From contig JABMSE010000112.1 in assembly GCA_013204645.1 (NCBI GenBank), forward strand, positions 4 through 64,003: DNA of 64,000 nucleotides. Direction: 5' to 3'. Both the position numbers and the translations under genes were made by a program. Below are positions 61,988 to 64,000 of this stretch, one piece after another. This stretch comes from Candidatus Saganbacteria bacterium (GTDB lineage: Bacteria > Margulisbacteria > WOR-1 > O2-12-FULL-45-9). Position 1 is the stretch's first letter; the number at the start of each line of letters is the position of its first letter. The notes under the pieces are model-generated. The model was given only the letters and a program-made list of their open reading frames with translations. It did not search any database and had not been told where the DNA came from.

Positions 61988-63268
61988 TTACGCCTCAATA
62001 TCAATTTTCTTTAATAAGTCATCAAGCCCGGGAATCATGGGAATCAGATAAGGCCGTATATTACACATTGCCGGATCCACTTTTACCTGGTATCCCGTAA
62101 CCATAAAATTGCGCTCTGCTAATTTTTGCTGGAAGTCGCCAAACTCCTTGGCAATTAATCTGCGACCCTCTTTTCCGTAATTCTTTTCATTATAAACAAA
62201 AATAACATAGACTTTATTGTTTTTTACAATCATGGAAACAACCATTTTTCCCATGTTCTCGGTTTCCATGGACATGACCACTTGGGTATTTTTTGGATCA
62301 ACCGGTGAGTTTTTGCCCTCACCCTCCCGCTTAACCACTATTTCAAGATCCTTGGGAGGATCGGTCATCGTGTTTGGGATTTGATGATAAAGATAATTAA
62401 CTTCTGACCTGCCAGATTGTGAAAGGATGGATTGGGCAAGCAAGTTTTGCAAAACCCCGTCTAATTTTCCCTGAAGCTCGATAAGCGAGGAAGAAAGAGC
62501 TTGGGCAGCGGCACTATTTGCATTAGGGGTTTTGTTCTGAACGCCTGAAAGAAGTGCCTTGAGTGCCCGGACATCAGTAAGCAGATTTTCCCGGCTAATA
62601 GCTGACTTTTCAAAAGATCGTTTGGTTAAACTTTTAAATGTTTCATCTAATTGGGAAAGAAGCGCTCCTAATTGAGAAACCAGATTTGCATTCAATAAAC
62701 CTTTTGCCATCCCTAAGGCAGAGGTTAAATTCCCTGCTGCCTGCTGTAGAGCGATGAGCTGAGAAGCTACTCCTGGGTTTTTTGCAAAATATTGTCCGAG
62801 AACATTTACTGCCTGTGGAGAGTCAATCCCTTTCATTATGAGAAGAACAGCTGCTTCCTGCATAGCCTGGGACTTATTAGTACCTTGTAACATGTTCATG
62901 ATTTTAACCAGATTTGCACGGGAAAGTTCTAGCCCATTGCGCAACATGAGCGAAGATAATTTTGTAATAAAATTATTGGGTTCAATCTGCATATTTAACA
63001 GATGGGCACGGATATCCTCAACCGTTAGAGGCCGCGTAATAGATGGTGCAGGTTTTGGTGGAGCAGCTGGTGCTCCGGGCGCAGTCGGGGTGGTAGGAGC
63101 AACTTCTCCTGGCTTAGTCGGCGTTACGCGAGGCGGAACACCTCTCACGCCACCCATGGTTTGAGCAGTTTGAGCTGATTGAACCGGGGTTCCAGTTGGT
63201 TTACCAGTTGGCCAAATAGGCCTACTTTCGGGATGTATTCCCCCTGATCCTACGGGGACTTCCGCCAT
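61988..63268 (-). CDS. Putative flagellar hook-length control protein (FliK-like), Pro/Ala-rich N-terminus
   Basis: N-terminus is Pro/Thr/Ala-rich and low-complexity. The centre is Gln/Ser/Leu-rich. The C-terminal ~100 aa (LEIVVKREGEGKN...VVSMIVKNNKVYVIFVYNEKNYGKEGRRL) resemble the Flg_hook domain. Adjacent to the FlhB-C-like gene. Preceded by an AGGAGGG Shine-Dalgarno sequence. Confidence 0.35.
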   Translation of the reverse strand: MAEVPVGSGGIHPESRPIWPTGKPTGTPVQSAQTAQTMGGVRGVPPRVTPTKPGEVAPTTPTAPGAPAAPPKPAPSITRPLTVEDIRAHLLNMQIEPNNFITKLSSLMLRNGLELSRANLVKIMNMLQGTNKSQAMQEAAVLLIMKGIDSPQAVNVLGQYFAKNPGVASQLIALQQAAGNLTSALGMAKGLLNANLVSQLGALLSQLDETFKSLTKRSFEKSAISRENLLTDVRALKALLSGVQNKTPNANSAAAQALSSSLIELQGKLDGVLQNLLAQSILSQSGRSEVNYLYHQIPNTMTDPPKDLEIVVKREGEGKNSPVDPKNTQVVMSMETENMGKMVVSMIVKNNKVYVIFVYNEKNYGKEGRRLIAKEFGDFQQKLAERNFMVTGYQVKVDPAMCNIRPYLIPMIPGLDDLLKKIDIEA

Positions 63269-63362
63269 AATAATACCCTCCTACCTAATATATCGGTATT
63301 TAGAGGGAAAAACTTGCATTCTCCTATGCCCTACGGGCTTCGGAGAACAAGCTACCTTGAGG

Positions 63363-64000
63363 CTACTTTTTCTCCCTTTTTTCCTTTTTCTCACCTTCGG
63401 CAGGTTTTGCTTTTTCAGCAGCCGGAGCAGCACCTGGAGGTGCTTTTTCTTTGACCCCTTCTTCGGCTACCGCACCTTCTCCTTCTGCAGCAGCAGCGGC
63501 AGCTGCGGCTTCTTCTGGGGTTAGCGGAGGCGGTGCTACTACTTCTTCTTTGGTTGGAGGCGAAACAGTGGCAACCATATCCGCTTTATCCGCCAAAATC
63601 TCTACCTTCTTAGAAACCGATAAATCGGAAACATACAAGGATTGATTAATTGCCAGAGTGGAAACATCTATCTCAAACTTATCCGGAATATCGCCCGGCA
63701 AACATTTGAGCTCAATCTCGCGCAATCCCTGAACCAAAACCCCACCTTCTTCTTTTACCCCAATAGGAATACCTTTAAACTCAACAGGTACCTTGGTTTT
63801 TATTATTTCATCCATGATTATATGCATCAGATCAAGATGGATTATTTCATCAGTTAAAGGATTTCTTTGCACATTATGGGTAATTACCGGAACGGGCTTA
63901 AGTTTGCCGTCGGCACTTAACTTTAAGCTGAAAATAAGATTATGCCCAGCCTCAGATTGCAGAACCTTTTTATTGAATTCTTTTAGATTAAGAGTTATGG
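63363..64000 (-). CDS. rplY: 50S ribosomal protein L25 / general stress protein Ctc, partial (5' end beyond window)
   Basis: The reverse-strand frame is open to the window edge (...ITLNLKEFNKKVLQSEAGHNLIFSLKLSADGKLKPVPVITHNVQRNPLTDEIIHLDL...EGGVLVQGLREIELKCLPGDIP...). This matches the L25/Ctc family. Ala/Glu/Lys/Pro-rich low-complexity C-terminal tail. Confidence 0.7.
   Translation of the reverse strand, partial: ITLNLKEFNKKVLQSEAGHNLIFSLKLSADGKLKPVPVITHNVQRNPLTDEIIHLDLMHIIMDEIIKTKVPVEFKGIPIGVKEEGGVLVQGLREIELKCLPGDIPDKFEIDVSTLAINQSLYVSDLSVSKKVEILADKADMVATVSPPTKEEVVAPPPLTPEEAAAAAAAAEGEGAVAEEGVKEKAPPGAAPAAEKAKPAEGEKKEKREKK

Noticed and set aside
63290-63345. A possible rho-independent terminator downstream of rplY (GCCCGTAGGGC hairpin followed by a T-run on the minus strand).
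   Set aside because: The stem is only 4-5 bp and the T-run is interrupted. It is too weak to call without transcript-end data.

Overview
The window is AT-rich bacterial chromosome from a diderm, flagellated organism. Nearly all of it is coding. Starts are tightly packed or overlap by a few nt, in an ATGA-type arrangement.

From ~33.5 kb down to ~0.5 kb, about 32 genes run co-directionally on the minus strand. They form a surface-polysaccharide (O-antigen/capsule-like) locus with these parts:
- Wza/Wzz/Wzx/Wzy-type export and polymerisation genes.
- A GDP-fucose module (gmd, fcl, GT10 fucosyltransferase).
- A CDP-3,6-dideoxyhexose module: ddhA, ddhB, and ddhC/E1 with an intact C-X57-C-X-C-X7-C iron-sulfur motif.
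- A YerE-like TPP enzyme, two Zn-ribbon C-methyltransferase-family enzymes, a radical-SAM protein and SDR reductases. Together these suggest a C-branched deoxysugar.
- A NeuB-cupin fusion with a HAD phosphatase and an MBL hydrolase.
- Numerous GT2/GT4/GT9 glycosyltransferases.
- A leaderless HTH regulator gene with a consensus sigma70 promoter and TGTCA repeat operators.

From 33.7 to 44.5 kb there is a second glycosylation region. It holds two GtrA/GtrB/GT-C-like periplasmic glycosylation modules, a second flippase, and a 21-bp perfect inverted repeat (MITE or structured-RNA-like) in an intergenic gap.

From 44.5 to 50.6 kb lie rfbB/rfbA, rph, coaD, rsmD, recG and rpmB. rfbB is interrupted by an in-frame TAG at a conserved Tyr codon.

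From 50.6 to 63.3 kb there is a flagellar basal-body locus on the minus strand: fliK-like, flhB-C-like, flgF, flgG, flgA, flgH, flgI, flgJ-like, fliA, flgB, flgC, fliE, fliF, fliG, fliH, fliI, fliJ. Three things stand out in it:
- an in-frame TAA inside flgI;
- a FliG truncated to ~160 aa;
- heptanucleotide tandem-repeat arrays, plus a duplicated cassette shared by the 5' ends and signal peptides of flgH, flgA and flgI.

A partial rplY (L25/Ctc) runs off the right edge.
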